A stretch of 64,000 nt of DNA, taken from the NCBI GenBank assembly GCA_965200155.1, contig CBDATR010000024.1, positions 32,001-96,000 of the forward strand, in the 5' to 3' direction. The notes beneath the pieces were generated by a model. The model had not been told where the DNA came from, made no database searches, and worked only from the letters and a program-made list of their open reading frames with translations. This document shows positions 63,269 through 64,000 of the stretch, in pieces (position 1 is the stretch's first letter; every line of letters starts with the position of its first letter). This DNA comes from Nitrosopumilaceae archaeon (GTDB lineage Archaea; Thermoproteota; Nitrososphaeria; Nitrososphaerales; Nitrosopumilaceae). The translations under genes were made by a program, and so were the position numbers.

Positions 63269-64000
63269 GTATGAGTTCACGTGTTTTGATCATTCACTAA
63301 GATATAGATTGGTATGGCAATATTTTACTTAAATACCAAATTTGCAATAAGAATCTAATGAGAAGACGCCGGTCCTATAAGGAATTGGAACTGGAAAATA
63401 AACTTCTTCAGGATACCCTTGCGTCTATCAAGAAAGATATTGAGGATTACAAGAAAGATCTTGCACATTACAAGGAACGTGTGAGAGTATTGGAAGCATA
63501 TATGTCACACACCATAAAAGAAATACGAAATCTCACACAAGATTTCCAAATTATTAGAAATTATGTAAGTGAATTAAAAGAGGAATTAGTAGAAAAAGAC
63601 AGGAAAATTGTGGTACTCACAACGCGACTTAAATATTATGAGAATGCTCACTCGCCACCATCCCTTCAATCCCTCCAGTACAAGAAGCGAAAACAGGAGG
63701 AGCAGAAGCGAAAACAGGGAGATAATAAGCAACAGAAAGAAGCCAGTACGAAATCAGCCAAAAAGGCTGGCGCTCAAAAGGGACACAAGGGGGTTTCCCG
63801 TTCCCACAACCCCGGCAGAGTAGTGCATCACACCTTTGAGTACACACCAATATGTGAGTGCGGCAATATAATGACAAAAATTGGTTGGAAACAACGACAC
63901 ATAACGGAATTAATACCAGCCAAAATAGAGGAGACCCTTCATGTGATAGAAATGGCTGCATGCAAGTGCGGCAAAAAACAACTGGCCCCAGCAGCTGGCG
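63269..64000 (+). mobile_element. IS66-family element running off the window; transposase ORF from 63358
   Basis: Left TIR identical to 12255; ORF appears open to the window end. Confidence 0.9.

Overview
Archaeal window, most likely an ammonia-oxidising thaumarchaeon (Nitrosopumilaceae, Cenarchaeum-like; inferred from aEF-1alpha/uS10/Rpo12, a DnaJ-ferredoxin fusion, class V FBP aldolase/phosphatase and uS11 with an acidic N-terminal extension). Intact housekeeping blocks (sod, pepA, pckA, rtcB, thiL, purM/purK, tuf, ppa, lig, fbp, carAB, tRNA-Thr) alternate with decayed IS66, IS481, IS5 and TnpB-like elements. Top finding: carB is interrupted after codon 25 by a 23-nt insertion (58151-58173). 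It folds into a bulge-helix-bulge-like motif whose canonical cut sites restore the conserved GEFDYSG frame exactly, making it a candidate archaeal mRNA intron; the RtcB ligase gene is in the same window. Second: 21 copies of a 92-bp IS66-dependent MITE, 14 with perfect 8-bp target-site duplications (TSDs). One pair moved as a composite transposon with 220 bp of cargo, and MITEs insert into their own helper transposase gene. Third: a MITE-bracketed coiled-coil plus five AT-hook protein built from perfect 60-bp repeats. All calls were made by eye from the sequence; no database searches were run.
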